64,000 bases of DNA from Octopus vulgaris (lineage: Eukaryota), in assembly GCA_951406725.2 (NCBI GenBank), contig OX597818.1, forward strand, positions 145,266,001 to 145,330,000. Direction: 5' to 3'. Of the stretch, positions 1-18,262 are shown piece by piece. The notes beneath the pieces were generated by a model. The model did no database searches and was not told where the DNA came from. It worked only from the letters and a program-made list of their open reading frames with translations. The position numbers and the translations under genes are program-made. The first letter of the stretch is position 1, and each line of letters begins with the position of its first letter.

Positions 1-68
1 ATATATATATATGTATGTGTATATATATGTATGTATATATATGTTTATATGCATACATTTCCCGTCTA

Positions 69-169
<101 letters not shown>

Positions 170-589
170 AAATCTATCTCGTCTGTCTAGACTCAACAAT
201 TAGATCTAGCTTGCAACAGATGGAGCTAATGTCGCAGCAATACGACAAGCATAATTTCCGCCACAATCATCATCATTAACACGACCAGTACCGCTATAAC
301 CACTACTACTGCCGAATGCTATTACCACTACCACCACACTGCTACCACTACCACCTCCACCATCACCACCACCACCATCACCACCGCCAACAACAACAGG
401 AACAACAACAAAAAACACAGTGGTAAGAATCATGGTAGGTAGCCATGCTTTGATACCGTCTTCTCAGATGTCGATTAGTTTGTCTTCGTTCCTAAGGTTA
501 CCGCCCGCGGGATGATGATATATAACACATACCTGGACAAGATTGCCAATCAGAACGTGAAAACAAGTAAATAAATACCACCTGGCGGA

Positions 590-935
590 AGGTAGAATTT
601 CTAGAAATTTTGGCATCTCAAAGCAACAACATTACCTATTTATTGGAGCACTTGGAATGATATGTTGACCAAATTCTTGGCAGTCTCAAGAATGATTGAA
701 TTGCAAAAGATTATAGCTATGCGCACTTCACATATTTTATGTAAATTCTCCTCCGTCTAAAAGCAATCTCATTCTTCTTTTTTCTTTCCCACAGACGGCA
801 GTATTTTCAGTTGCATTGCAATTCACCTTTTAACATCTTCGAATGCAAAACCTCGCTGCACCTTAATATCTCTGGTTGAGACTTGGGTGCAACTCGTATA
901 ACTTAAAACAAAGCTAGAAAAAATGTAACGATAAC
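590..935 (+). mobile_element. R4/Dong-type (RLE) non-LTR retrotransposon 3' remnant
   Basis: Fragmentary EISR.WHLKATTLP..IGALGMI…ELQKIIAMRTSHILCK resembles the RLE C-terminus (EI.RMW.LK…GALG…IQKI.L.GT.HILR). Confidence 0.6.
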
Positions 936-2421
936 AATTTGACAAAGGGCCAGCAATTTTAGGGGTGGGTCTAAGTCGATTACATCGACCCCAATGTTCA
1001 ACTGGTACTTACTTTTCCTCGAGAAGACACTCGACAAGAAATGGAAAGTTGAAAGAACTAATGATGATTATGATGATGATGATGATGATGACGATGATGA
1101 TAATAACAATAATGATAATAATAATGATGATGATAATAATAATAAGTACGTGTAGGTGTATGCTCGTGAATGGGTGCAGATAACTGAACAAACGCAAAAA
1201 AGTAGCACTCAGTTGGAGTTGGAGTTGTAACTGGTTATTAAGCGCTTCACACAATTCCTTATTACGCGTGCCTATGAAACTTTGAGTAATGTGAAGTTGA
1301 GTGGACTTGCAATTAATTACGCGTGCGTGTGAACGCGTTTGTATTTGTGTCTGTGTGTCTGTTGAAAGAGAGAGGCAAAAAGAAAAAGGGATAAGAATAG
1401 AAGGAGGAATAAATAAATAGTAAAACCAAAGTAAATGGAATGAATTACAAAAGTGATATTGGTTAATAAGAACAAAAATAACAGAAATAAAATATGAAGA
1501 ATAGAGAGGGAGAGAGGGAGAGTATGGAGAGAGGGAGAGAAGGAGAGACGGGGAAGAGGGAGAGAGAGAGAAAATAACGTGAAAATACAAACTGGGAAAG
1601 AATTCGAGAAAGAAAGCAAAAATATAAGATAGAAATATATAGAAAACAAAGGAAGTGGTGTATAGCATATCGATTATTTTCTTTTTCCTATTTTTTTTTA
1701 TCGTTAGGAACGAGTTCACAGATATTTAGAGCGAGCGAAGAGTTCATAGCTTTATAGGGCGAAGAGATGATAAATGAGTTTGTGCGATTATAATTCATTT
1801 TAGAATGTTACAACGAATCAGACTGAGGGGCAATTGCTACAGGCAGCAAAATCCATTACTATGGTGCCTATTATATAGCTAGAGGTCTAAGCCAGCGAGA
1901 TTTATATGGACAGACCGTAATCGTAGTAATAACACTGTAGCCAACGAATCATTTTGATCAGCCGTCTGCGTGATAGCTCATTGTGATCCTTTGATAAACT
2001 TCACACACATCTGTACAGCAGGTAGATGTTACATAATTCTGGATTACACACACACATACACACATACATGTATATATATTTACTAATATGTGTATATGAA
2101 CATACATGCATATATGTATAAATATACGCATATATATATGTGTGTATTTATATATATATAAATATATATATATGTGCATATATATATATATATACACATG
2201 TATACACACGTATACTTGTATACAAGTGTAGTTATGTATACTCATATATATATATGTATACACACATGTACCAAGCGGAAAACTGGAAACGTTAACGGTA
2301 GAGGGCTAAATATGCCAGCGCCGGAAGTGAAGCCATGTTATTTTGGCGCAACATTGACTGTAATGAATGTACAATTACTAATCTCTGATGTAAAACTCTC
2401 AGTGCATAAATATATAATTCA

Positions 2422-2465
<44 letters not shown>

Positions 2466-2508
2466 AGAGAGAGAGAGATATGTATGTATGCATACATATA
2501 TGTGTGTG

Positions 2509-2574
<66 letters not shown>

Positions 2575-3673
2575 TATACTATATATTGTGAACACGTTAA
2601 TAATTTCAGCTGTATATGTGCTTACACTCACACACACACACACAAGCACGCACAGACGTACACAACCAGACACGCACACAGATATACATGCGCATAATAC
2701 ACATGTATACATATGTACACCTGCGAATTTGTGCGTATTGTGTATGTGCGAGTGAAAAACTGTAGTTGTTTGTTTAAAATGGCGAGTGATTTATTATTAG
2801 CAATAGAAAGAGAATTATATAAGGCGTGTATTCATTTACAAACATGCAATAATCCTATGCTCACAAATATATCTATGTATATACGTATGTAGTTATATAT
2901 GTCCACATTCTTGTATGAATGTCCATGTGTATCTGTTATGCAACATGTGTGTCTACTGCTTGCTGTGGGTAAACGTATAATTTATGAATGTTACGCATAT
3001 CATTGAGAAAGCCATGTTTTGTAACGCCTGAAGTTAGATTCTGAGAAATTGGAAGGATTGCCAGAACCTCCCACATTCTCATTTCCTTGTCTTGAAAAGC
3101 AAACCGAATACTTTGTCATATTATTTTCGACTGGAGCTCACATCTCGATGAAGTTTGCAATTCATTTTCCCTGATTTAATACATTAGTAACATAAAAGTA
3201 TACGGTAGCAGAAAACATGAGATGTGAGAGAGAGGGAAGAGGGAGGGAGAGAGAGAGAAAGAAAGAAAGAAAGAGAGGGAGTGAGGGGTGGGTGGAGTAT
3301 AAAATGTGCTCTGATGGAAATTTTTCTATGGTTTATTTAGACCGAAACAGAAGTTTGAGGATGATGCATATATAAAAAATATATTTAACTACGTTCTCAA
3401 GTGGCTGCTACGGAGATACGTTTCACAAGTCCGCATCAGGAATCTGTGTCCCATTTACCTTTTGTATGACGCCACTGCCATTAACCTCAATGTAGCTGAG
3501 TAAATTTCCTCTTCTTTTAGAATGCTGAATTCTCCAAAACACCTGATGTGGCCTATTGAAGAGTAAGATAGACGTAGCTTGCAGCGCCTAACCAGGAGAA
3601 ACCTCGTTTATATGCCTAGATTATAAACTTATAATTAGGGTTTCGATATTTCGTCGCTATTTTATTTAATCCT

Positions 3674-3872
3674 TCATTTGTTTCAGTCATTGGATTTCTG
3701 ACATACTTTGAAGAGTTCTGTCGAACGAATCGATTACAGTATTTGTATTTTTAAGCTTGACACTTATTCTATGGGATCACTTTTGCCGAAACCGCGCTAT
3801 GTTCCAGGGAAGTAAACAAACCAACAACGGTTTCAAGCGGTAGTGTGGACATGTATAAGCACAGTCATAGAT

Positions 3873-3954
<82 letters not shown>

Positions 3955-4133
3955 ACACACACTCTCACACATGCATATACGACGGTTTTCTACACACCTT
4001 CCGGTCACCAGATTAACTCACTAAGCATTGGTTGGCTAAGGGCTATAGTAGAAGACACAACCCCAACATACCACGCCATGAGACTGAAGTTCGAACCATG
4101 TGGTTGCAAGTCAATCTTTCAAGCACACATCCA
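3674..4133 (-). mobile_element. SINE family B (diverged)
   Basis: TTTGTTTCAGTCATT…ACTTATTCTAT…(CA)n…GGCTATAGTAGAAGACAC…GAACCATGTGGTTG. Confidence 0.75.
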
Positions 4134-4246
4134 CGGAGAAGAATTCTCTCTATACATGAGCCGAATGAAGTCAGTTCTGTTGAATTTAATAAATATACTC
4201 CTAAAGCATGAAAAGCAAATTTGTCACGCTTACACACACACATACA

Positions 4247-4290
<44 letters not shown>

Positions 4291-4742
4291 CACACACGCA
4301 CACACTCAGTCAACTTTGCTTATAATCCTTTCCAGGGTTCTGGATTTGCAGCGCTGTTGGAACGTCGCTTAGGTATCTCGTTGTTTCTCATTTGACTCGT
4401 TGTTTTGTAACTCTATGTACAAACTGTGGAGTTAGTAGAATGGTAACGACACAGTCCGAGTGAAACTGAAAGAAAATTCAGAGAAAAGAACTTTATTAAT
4501 ATATTCCAATACAAGCTAAATAAACAATAATACTAATACTTACAGGTACTATTTCTACTGCTACGACCCCTACCACTAACAACAACAGCAATACTAAAGG
4601 TGCTCAGTATGATGATTGCAGGAAAATAATAAGTCAAGAGAAAAGTCAGTAAAAATTATCTTATTTTGAGGTTTAAAGTTCTATTACAAGAGCTACTCCT
4701 ACCACCACTACCACCACCACCACCACCACCACCACCACCACC

Positions 4743-4795
<53 letters not shown>

Positions 4796-5259
4796 CGATG
4801 ACGACGACAACGATAGTAAAGCTGATAAGGATGATGATGATAATTGGAATGTAAAAATCTCTAGGAAATGTTTCTCACTCTCTCCTTCGCCCTCCCTTTC
4901 TCTCTCTTCCACACATACGCTCGCATGATTGCACGCGTACACACACACACACACACACAGAAATATAGATTTGAAATTAAATATCACTTTTGTTTTCAAA
5001 ATATTATCATTCGCATAATCTACATATAAATGTTATATGTATGTATGTATGTATGTATGCATGCATGTATGTATGTATGTATGTATGTATGCTTATATAA
5101 ATATAGACACAAACATATATGCAAATATATACGTATATATATGTGCATATATGTGCATATATGTGCATATATATATACGTATAAATATATATATATATAT
5201 GTTTGCATACAAACAGACATATGTACATATGCAAACAGACATATGTACATATGTCTGTT

Positions 5260-5303
<44 letters not shown>

Positions 5304-6496
5304 CGTGCGTGTGTTTGTGTATACACATACACACATGCATTATGTGGGTGATATTTTCAACAGATACTTTACAATCGTGTCTGATTCTTCATGTATTTCA
5401 ATCCTGTGTATGTACATATATTTGTTAGATTTCTAACATTTATTTATGGTTTGCTCCAGTGTGTTGATGCGCTATTTTCTATCATTAATAAAATTGTCGG
5501 CATTTTTAACGACACGGGTATGCTACAGTATATAAATATTTATTTGTATAAATAGGCAGGTGAGTAGATAGATAAGCTGTTTGTTTGCATGCATGCATGC
5601 GTGTATGTATGTATGTATGTATATACGTATGTATGTATGTATGTACGTACGTACTATGTATGTATGTACGTACGCACACATGTATGTATACGTACACACA
5701 CACACGAATTTGCAAAGAAGAGGGCATAGACATATAGACACATTTATTCTAAGTAATGATTCAAATGTATGTGTGTGCGTGTGTATGTGTGCGTGCGTGT
5801 GTGCGTGTGTTTGTGTGCGCGTGTGCGTGTGCATATGTCTGTCACATATAGCTTAGAAGTTAGACCGATAGATAATTAGCTAGACAGACAGATAGACACA
5901 TTGACAGACAGTCAGCCACACAGACAGAGCGACATAAAGCCCTGGGTAATGGAGAAATTGTCAGAGAAAAAGAGAGATAATATAACCAATACTCTCTACT
6001 ACGTAGTGTATTGCTTCTTTCATAGAATAATATTACCATTACATCAGCATACAAGAAATACAATTAGGGAGAGAGAGAAAGAGAGTGAGAGTGAGAGAGA
6101 GAGAGAGAGAGAGGAGGGCTATGGTAGAAAGTCTGTATATGAACAAGGAGTGTGGTATAAGGAAGGGGAGTACTCCGGTGACACAGATCTTGGAGGACGT
6201 GGACGCTTGTCTGTGAAGCAACAAACCAGTATTTTACATGTATCGATCTTTCAGTCTATATATTATATAGACTCCGCTATATAATGTTCAGTGATAGAGC
6301 TGGCAGCGGTGGGGGAAGGATGCGGAGTGGGTGGCAGAGGCGCTAATGTTGTTGGTGTTAGCGTCGTTTTGCACTAGTATTAGTAGTGGTAGAAATGGTG
6401 GTGGTATTTGATGCTTTTGGTGTTTGTGGTGGTATTAATAGTAGTGGTAGTGATGATTGATGTTGCTTGGTGTTAATAATGGTTTTGGGGATGGTG

Positions 6497-6504
6497 GTAG
6501 TAGT

Positions 6505-6569
<65 letters not shown>

Positions 6570-6663
6570 CAGCAGCAGCAGTAGTAGTAGTAGTAGTAGT
6601 AGCAGCAGCAGCAGCAGTAGTAGTAGTAGCAGCAGCAGCAGCAGCAGCAGCAGTAGCAGCAGC

Positions 6664-6710
<47 letters not shown>
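6497..6710. repeat. (AGT/AGC)n compound microsatellite
   Basis: Direct reading of the sequence. Confidence 0.95.
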
Positions 6711-6711
<1 letters not shown>

Positions 6712-8504
6712 TGCGTAGTGGATGATGTTTGTTTTTTTGTGTGCCTATTGTAATGGTATTGATAATGGTGTTAGTGGTGGTGGTGGTGGATAAAGCTGCT
6801 TTTGTTGGTGGTGGTATTCTTAGTGTCGATGGTTGATGCTGTTCATGTTTGTGGTGGTACTAGTAGCAATAGCAGTCGTTGGTATTAGTGGTTGTATTGG
6901 TTGCAGTGGCGTTGTTAGCTGTTGTTGTTGGTGGTGGTGGTAATAGTGCTATCGGTAGTAGTAGTAGTAGTAGTAGTAGTGTGGTGGATGAGGATTTGGT
7001 GGTGGTGTGTGGTGGTGGTTGTGAGGTCGGCAGCGGCGATGGTAGTGGTGGTAGTATTTGTTGTAGTAGAAGTAGTAGCATTAGTTGTGTTGTTGATGGT
7101 GCTGGTAATGACCATCCCGTCTCAAATTCCATCTTATTATCCAACACGTCCTCCTGTCTTTAAACACAATGCAGTGTCATCTAAAGGAGATTTATCTGCT
7201 ACTTCTAGCTTATTGCATGACCATGTAGTGGTTTATTCATTGGCGCAAAATCTTAATGAAGTTGCTGTTGTTTAACCCCGGATCAAGCCTGATCATGCAG
7301 ACCAATGATCAAATGCATTCGAGCCATGGCCATCACATCTGTTTATACATATATCACTACATTATTCAACATGCTCTTTTATATCGTGTGAGTGTAGAAT
7401 GTACTTTGAAGGGAATTAGGCTGGTATTTCATTCACATTAAGTGACCATTGGTGGTCATATTAGTGGTCACTGTTGTGGTGAATTGTTGTGGTGGGGGTG
7501 GGGCTGGAAGAAAATGTCATGTTGTTCGGATCAAGAATAATGGCTGAATTACTGTTGTTTTTATTATTGTTGTTGCTGCTGACTACCTGATTAAACCTGA
7601 TCGAACCGAGAGCACCTATGACCATTGGTATTTGCGTTATTATCATGCTGTCTCTTTAGAGACATGTTTCTAGGAAAAAGGCATCGAATTGGTAGGAAGG
7701 TTAGAGCGTTAAACGAAATGCTTTCTGGTCGTTTGCCACCTTGCCTTTCATCCTTTCTGATTTGATAGTCCCAATTTAGAGCAGTGAACTACCTGTTGAT
7801 ACTGCTGCTGTTTATGATGATCGTTTCATGGCTATGATAAGGATAGTTATGGCAGTGATGGTGCTTATGACAGTGATAATTATAATGATAGTGATAATAA
7901 TGATGGCTCTGGTTGTGATAATGATGATCGTTGTAATAATAATGGTCGTAGTTGTGATACTGATAGGTATAGTAGCAACAATGATGGTTGACGTGGTAAT
8001 AATAACAGTAATACTTGTGGTGCGATAATGGTAGTTATGGTAGGGATAATGGTGGTTATGGTAGCGATAATAATATTGCTTATGGTGTGATAATAATGGC
8101 TTTACGGAAGAGATAATGATGATCGTGTTTGTGAGAGTAATGGCGGTTTGAAGTAAATAATAGCTTTCAGTTTTGTCGGTTATGTTTGCATTACCAATGT
8201 TTGTGTTCATATTTTTAAAGCATGTATTTGAGTTATGTGTTGTTATTGTTATCGATATTGGTAATAGTTTTGCCCTACATCAGCGCTGGGCAAGCAGTCT
8301 TTGGTCATGAAACATTCCAACACTTTTTTCCGGAATAACATTACCCAACTATATTATCTAATATGTGTTCTTTGAAATATTGCATAATTATTGTTGGTTG
8401 TGGTGGCCGTGGCTTTCCGTGATAGTCCAGGTGCTACTATTAGTAATGGCGATGATAGTGGTTTAGCAGAAACATTGGAAATCGATGTTGCTATTGTGGT
8501 GGTT

Positions 8505-8700
8505 TTTGTTGTTTAGGGCCAAATCATCTCTGATCAAAAAAATCAATGATCAGAGGTATTCCAGCCGTGACCATTTCGTCCTTTATTTGCTATATGTGCA
8601 AGAGAATTTCGAATCATGATATAGATTGTAGCGCTTTCCAAGACTGTACGGTATGGTTTTGGGGAAATTTGGCAGCTTTTTCTGCAGGTCGAGACAGCGG
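8505..8700 (-). repeat. Old SINE-like family E (other copies near 7262-7440, 48285-48620, 50040-50150)
   Basis: Recurring motif GTTGTTTA…CTGATC…ATGATCA.AGG.ATTCCAGCCGTGACCAT in several places. Confidence 0.55.
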
Positions 8701-9364
8701 GTGGGATTAAGAAGGTGCCATTAGTATTGTTAATACTAATGTTGAAAGAGGTAATTGTGAGACTGATTGTAGAGAAGTATTAGATGTGGCAGGAGAGTTA
8801 ATGACTAAAGATACGTAGATATTAATAATGAAGAGAAGTAGAACATATGCTGAGGTAGGTAGAGACCGTTGTTGGAGTGAGAGGTGATAGGTGTGGGGAG
8901 AGGGTTGATTACTGCAGGTAGAGCTAGACATTAACAATGAAGGTAAGAGGAACACAAGTTAGGCGGTGCAGTTGGTACGAAGGCATTTTACAATGGCGAA
9001 ATACACGTGATAGCGGTTTTACAGGAATTAATTTATTTGCAAGCGATGTATATAAACGTAATTCTATTCATTAAGCCCAAATCATTATACACATATAACT
9101 GTATATGTATGCACAAATTACATGTATGGATATATGAACATATACATAGACTTGTATACACATACACGTTCACATCCGTGTGTGTCTCTGAGTGTGTAAA
9201 TGCGTACAAGAGCATGTTTAAGTTTATTGTTTTACCCATCAAAGCATTTGAATTTTATATATGCATATAAACGCATATAAATTTATATAACCACTATTAT
9301 GTATGTATATGTGAGGGTATATAAATATATATGTATATGTGCATATTTGTGCGTGCGTGTGTGT

Positions 9365-9403
<39 letters not shown>

Positions 9404-9460
9404 ACGAATTAAAAAGGTGGTTTATTAGTAATTAGAAGCTAAAGGCAAAATTAATGGAGG

Positions 9461-9529
<69 letters not shown>

Positions 9530-10499
9530 CATAAGATGCATTCCAGATGTTTTGAGACTTTAAAGAAGGCATTTATTAATTCCATAGAAGTGCAGAATTC
9601 TAATCTCATTCTAAGTAGCATCCAAAACACCGGAAGTTGTAGCGTTCCAGCTACTTCAGGAAATCTCTAAAGAAGTCCTCCAAACTGAAGGTGGCCAAGA
9701 CCCTTGTCACAGCCTACTTCGTCTTCTCAATGTCTTCAAAAGTTCTACCCTGAGGTTCTCCTTCAACTTGGAGTACAACCTAAAATCACAAGAAGCAAGG
9801 ACTAGAATGTAGGGAGGGTGTGGGACGGTCATGACGATGCTCGCCTCTGTCAAGTAATTGGTTATCAGGATGGTATTGTGCACTGGTGACCCGAATGGAA
9901 GAATTCCAGCTTTTTACGACGAAATCTCCAAAACTTCAAAATCCCCACAAAATGTTCTTTGTTGGCCATCTTGTCAAAGAGAACCCAGTGAATGAGCTGA
10001 ATCATCTCCTTGCTGTCACTAACACGTATTTACTTATGTTCCGTCACTGGGCAACCTTGGATGAAACTTTGCATAAATTTCACGCACATTCAAATCTTTA
10101 TTAATAATTCCGTGTTCAGTTGTGGTAACTACTCTAGAGTGTATGGTTATTGTCTTCATCTAGAAAATTACGAATTTTCTCAGCCAGCTCTAATACGCTA
10201 GCGTCCCTCTCCCGCCTATATCCCTCAGCTTCGCTCCCCTCTTTTCTACCGACCTTGAACCTCTTGTGCAACAAAAACACAGATGCTAGGCTCTTGGAAG
10301 TCAATCTATAAGTAGTCTGAAGTGATTTTTTGCCGGTTTAACACAAAAGAATATTGAATAGCGAGCTTCAAAACTGTCTTCATGTGAATTGCATTCTGCA
10401 AACTAGTCAGGTGTGACAAGCAGTGTTTGGTAAGTTGCGTTCAAAATGCTGTTACGAGTATAGCCATCTCCTTCAATCTGGAATAAAAAAAAAGTTAGC

Positions 10500-10500
<1 letters not shown>
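9530..10500 (-). mobile_element. Mariner transposon remnant (internally deleted, decayed)
   Basis: Minus-strand fragments ASVFLLHKRFKVGR, NLNVREIYAKFHPR, HPPYILVLASCDFRLYSKLKENLR (HPPYSPDLAPCDF motif), FEDIEKTK.AVTRVL…LERYN. Flanked by TA repeats. Confidence 0.75.
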
Positions 10501-10552
<52 letters not shown>

Positions 10553-10949
10553 CATGTCTCCAAGCGGAAACTGCGAGAACGACTCTAATTGCTATGTTCT
10601 ATGGTTGTTAGCTCACAATGTACTTATAGAAAGCAGATCAAAACGAGAGTTTATTCATAAAATAGTTGAGTTTCAACAAATCCTGTTTTGCTTTCCATTC
10701 TATACACTCACTCACGCACATATGCAATCCTGCCACATAGAAGCATGTGTAAATTCTCCAGGGATACCTTCTGCACGCTGAAGAACGAATAAGTTAAGTG
10801 GTAGCTAACACATAATACCGCAAGAGAATGAAATAGAAATAGTGAAACGTTCTGAATATATAAAATTTACAACAGCAATGAAAAAAAAATCGTTTGTGTT
10901 AATAATTGTCTACTCCGCTCTCTCACTCTCTCTCTCGTTAATTGATATT

Positions 10950-11030
<81 letters not shown>

Positions 11031-11210
11031 AGTAAATCCCCAAAAGACGAAGATCAAACACAACGCGAGGACGTGGTACATGTAAAGTATTAGCAGACGT
11101 TCAAGGAACGAAAGTAAGATAGTTTAACGTTTCGAGCAGACGCTCTTCTTCAGAAACAGAGGAAAGTCCAAAAGAAAAAGAACGCGGACGAAAAAAATCG
11201 TCAACGATTC
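11031..11210 (-). mobile_element. Penelope-like pLTR fragment (family shared with 60975-61155)
   Basis: Reverse complement aligns by eye with 60975-61155 (…GAAGAGC…GCTCGAAACGTT…TAATACT…CCACGTCCTCGCGTTG…). Abuts (TG)n. Confidence 0.7.
11122..11157 (-). ncRNA. Minimal hammerhead ribozyme motif
   Basis: Minus strand reads GTTT-CTGAAGA-A-GAGC-gtct-GCTC-GAAA-CG-TT-AAAC: stem I GTTT/AAAC, 2-nt palindromic stem III, one extra A before stem II. Confidence 0.7.
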
Positions 11211-12173
11211 TCATGTGGTTACATTTTGAAATGACCGGAAGTGAATGGGTGAAGAAAAAGTTCTTTGTAAGACAGGCGAGTGTAAGTAAAGGAGGTATGT
11301 GTGGGTATGTGCGTGCGCGTAAATTTTTTTGTGTACATGTGTGTGTGGCGTTTGTGTGGTGTTGGCTGTTTATATGTGTATGTGTGAGTGAACTTTATGT
11401 CTCTTAATGTTGTAGGAAGAATTCAGCAACATGGTAACAGGAGTGGTGGTTTTTTGTGTATTTGTGTGTCTCTTCACATTTGCGTAGAGAAATGGTCAGT
11501 AGAAATGTATTTGACTAGCAGTTTGAAGTATGTGTGTGCGTGTATGTATATGTTGTATGTGTGTGTTTTGTGTGTAGTGTGTGCATGGGTCTGTGTGTGT
11601 GAGTGTGCGTGTACGTGTGTGTATATGCGTGTGTGTATGTGCGTGTGTGTATGTGCGTGTGTGTATGTTTGTGCATGGGGTTGTATGTGGGGTTATGTGT
11701 GTGGAGTTATTTGTGCGTTCCTCTGTGTGTGTGTGTGAAGTGTATAATTTGTTAATCTGTACTCAAGTGCGTGCGTCTATAAATGTGTATTTATGTAAAT
11801 TTGTATATATATCTGTATATGTACAGGTAGGTGTTTGTATGTGAATATTTGTGGATATGTACATGTGTGTATCCATGTAGATGTGCATCTACTAAGTTGG
11901 CCACTGGTGATAAGGTTGGACATTTGTCGTTTTGATGACAGCTATTGAGACTGAAATACATGTCAATCACTGTCCGCTTTTTTCTAGAGAATCAATCTCT
12001 TTTTCCATATTAGAATGTCAAATTTGGAGAATTCTTCATTCTTCAGATTATCTCCCTTTCTCATCTTGATCTGGTCTCAGTCACCATCTTGTAATTATGA
12101 CACATCCTTTTAAACCGGAAATATTTTTATTAAATCAATAATTAATGTTGCATGGTATTTAACATAGCTGTAC

Positions 12174-12279
<106 letters not shown>

Positions 12280-12830
12280 CCATATGCATCTTTCAAAAGA
12301 TGTTTGCAGATAAGGACACACATTTATGTGAATATATATTTTATATCTCTGCACTGGTATATACGTGTACGTGAAATTTTTGGGTTACACACATACAAAC
12401 ACACAAAGGAAACACAATACACAGACAGACAGACACAAGCACACACACACACACACACACACACAAACACGCGCACACAAACACACACACAACTACATGG
12501 CAATTCTTGAACCAAAGGACGCCACAAGAATTAAGTATAATTGTGCAAAAGCAAGTCTTTACATTTTACAGATTCATGTGTCCGCAAGTTTCAATGTCCA
12601 TACATTTTTTCTCTCTGTCTTTCCCCTACGCACACAAACATATGTATATGTGTATGTGTTTGTGGGTGTGTGCGTGTGCATGTGCGTTAACGTATGTGTG
12701 CGTATATAATATGTATATATTTACGTTTTATACACACAAATATACATATATATACATATATATATATATATATACATATACACATACATATTTAGATACA
12801 TGTATGTGTATATGTATTTTATACGTATGT

Positions 12831-12875
<45 letters not shown>

Positions 12876-13298
12876 GATATATTGATGTATGCATACATAC
12901 ATGTATACATACATACATACATACATACATACATGCATACATACATACATACATACATACATACATACATACATACATACGTATATAACTTCTTTCTGTA
13001 TGTATACACATATGTATGTATACGTAAGTTCATATATTCGCATATCTATATTTGTGTACGTGTAATGCATCATTAATTATGCCTCCATTTACAGGGATAT
13101 GTTTTTTTTCTGTTTATATAAACAGTTCAACGGTGAGTCTCATTGAACGCATTTTAGCACGCACATACACACCAAACAACATCACGCACACACATACACA
13201 CACACACACACACGCACACACACACACACGCACACACACACACAAGCACACACACACACACACACAAGCACACACACACAAGCACACACACACACACA

Positions 13299-13334
<36 letters not shown>

Positions 13335-14079
13335 CCAACTACTCAGAATCATTAGGTGGGAAGATGTGTTATTAGAATATCTGTACAATAACAACATTGA
13401 TTTCCTATGTGGACACATGGTTTAAAATGGCGACGAGACAGGAGAGGACATTGGAAGAAGCATTGATATTTAAACATTTCCCACAAGTATTAATATTGTA
13501 ATGAATGCAGTAATGTAAGGTGGACATAACAATGGACCGGTGAATTGAGACCGTGTCGCAGAATATGTCCACTGGTTACTTTTCCTTGTAACTTACAGTG
13601 GTCGCAAAAATATCACTCAGACATGCATGTCCATACACGAACGAGTACACACACACACATGTACACACGCGCGGGTGCACACGCACCACACAATATTACA
13701 CATACACACACACACAAATTGAGTGTCAATAGACTTGTTTTTAAGCCGCAAGATAGGAAACTTGAAGTTACAGTCAACCAACATATTCAATTCTCTTGTT
13801 AGAAGTGAGTCCTTTAAATAAGTGCTCGTCGTTAGATATCCAATGCTAATCCTGTCAGTAACACACTCATAGTTATAGATACTCTCATCCACACTCACAT
13901 ATCCTCAAACACATACGTTAATTTCACAAACAATCGCGCATTTTGTACCAATTAGCATACTTAAAACCGATTCTATTAGCATAACAGTCTAGATGTCATT
14001 CTACAAATCTTATTCTATATACCTCTTTGTATGCTATTCAAATTCCATATATATACGATGTGGTCTCAAAAGGTTCCCG

Positions 14080-14115
<36 letters not shown>

Positions 14116-14383
14116 ATACGTGCATTGAAATGTACGTACTTATTGACCTATCCACACAATTGATCCGTCGTGTTCCGACTATCCCTTTATCATTCCCCCT
14201 CTATTGCTCTGTGTATATATATGCGTGTGCTTCGTATGTTTCTTCCTATTTGTGCATGTCTATGTGTATGTATGTGAGTGTGTGTGTGCGTGTGTGCACG
14301 GGTGTATGTGCTCCTGTTTGTGTTTAGTATATTGTTTTCATTTGCAAATACCTTGGCGTTAAGACTAATAATATCACTAATAC

Positions 14384-14549
<166 letters not shown>

Positions 14550-14720
14550 AATATTAGGGAATAAATCCAAATTTACAGGGAAAAAATCAGATTTAGGATT
14601 AAATCCAATTTTATAGTAAAATATTATATAATATTATTAGAGACAAAACCACTATTTTGCAAAACAAACAAGGAAAGACTTAATCAATACATAAAATTTT
14701 AATAAAAGTAAAAAAAACCG

Positions 14721-14763
14721 CCACTACAATTGTTTCTTGTCTTGATCGACAATCTTCAGGTGG
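14721..14763 (-). ncRNA. Minimal type I hammerhead ribozyme motif (mirror copy)
   Basis: Exact reverse complement of the motif at 14810-14852. Confidence 0.85.
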
Positions 14764-14809
14764 ACTTCCAATAAGTCAGTTTCAAATTTGAAACTGACTT
14801 ATTGGAAGT

Positions 14810-14852
14810 CCACCTGAAGATTGTCGATCAAGACAAGAAACAATTGTAGTGG
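14810..14852 (+). ncRNA. Minimal type I hammerhead ribozyme motif
   Basis: CCAC-CTGAAGA-TTGTC-gatcaa-GACAA-GAAA-CAATTG-TA-GTGG: stem I CCAC/GTGG, core CUGANGA, 5-bp stem II, GAAA, palindromic stem III, GUA cleavage triplet. Confidence 0.85.
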
Positions 14853-14937
14853 CGGTTTTTTTGACTTTTTATTAAAATTTTATGTATTGATTAAGTCTTT
14901 CCTTGTTTGTTTTGCAAAATAGTGGTTTTGTCTCTAA

Positions 14938-14995
<58 letters not shown>

Positions 14996-15005
14996 TATAT
15001 GTGTC

Positions 15006-15071
<66 letters not shown>

Positions 15072-15130
15072 TAAAAATATAAATATATATAAATATAAAA
15101 AAATGTATATACTTTTATATATATAAATAT

Positions 15131-18258
<3,128 letters not shown>

Positions 18259-18262
18259 AAGT

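Larger units (their letters stand above)
14551..14949. mobile_element. Penelope-like pLTR fragment with an inverted (head-to-head) duplication forming a ~325 bp palindrome
   Basis: Arms ~14625-14786 and 14787-14949 are reverse complements with no spacer (centre TTCAAA|TTTGAA) and about 2 differences. Each arm holds a hammerhead motif. Flanked by long (TA)n. Confidence 0.8.

Noticed and set aside
2269-2422. Short insert between TA tracts with GAAACGTT, possibly a ribozyme 3' half
   Set aside because: No CUGANGA upstream, so it cannot be supported beyond a possible truncated repeat.
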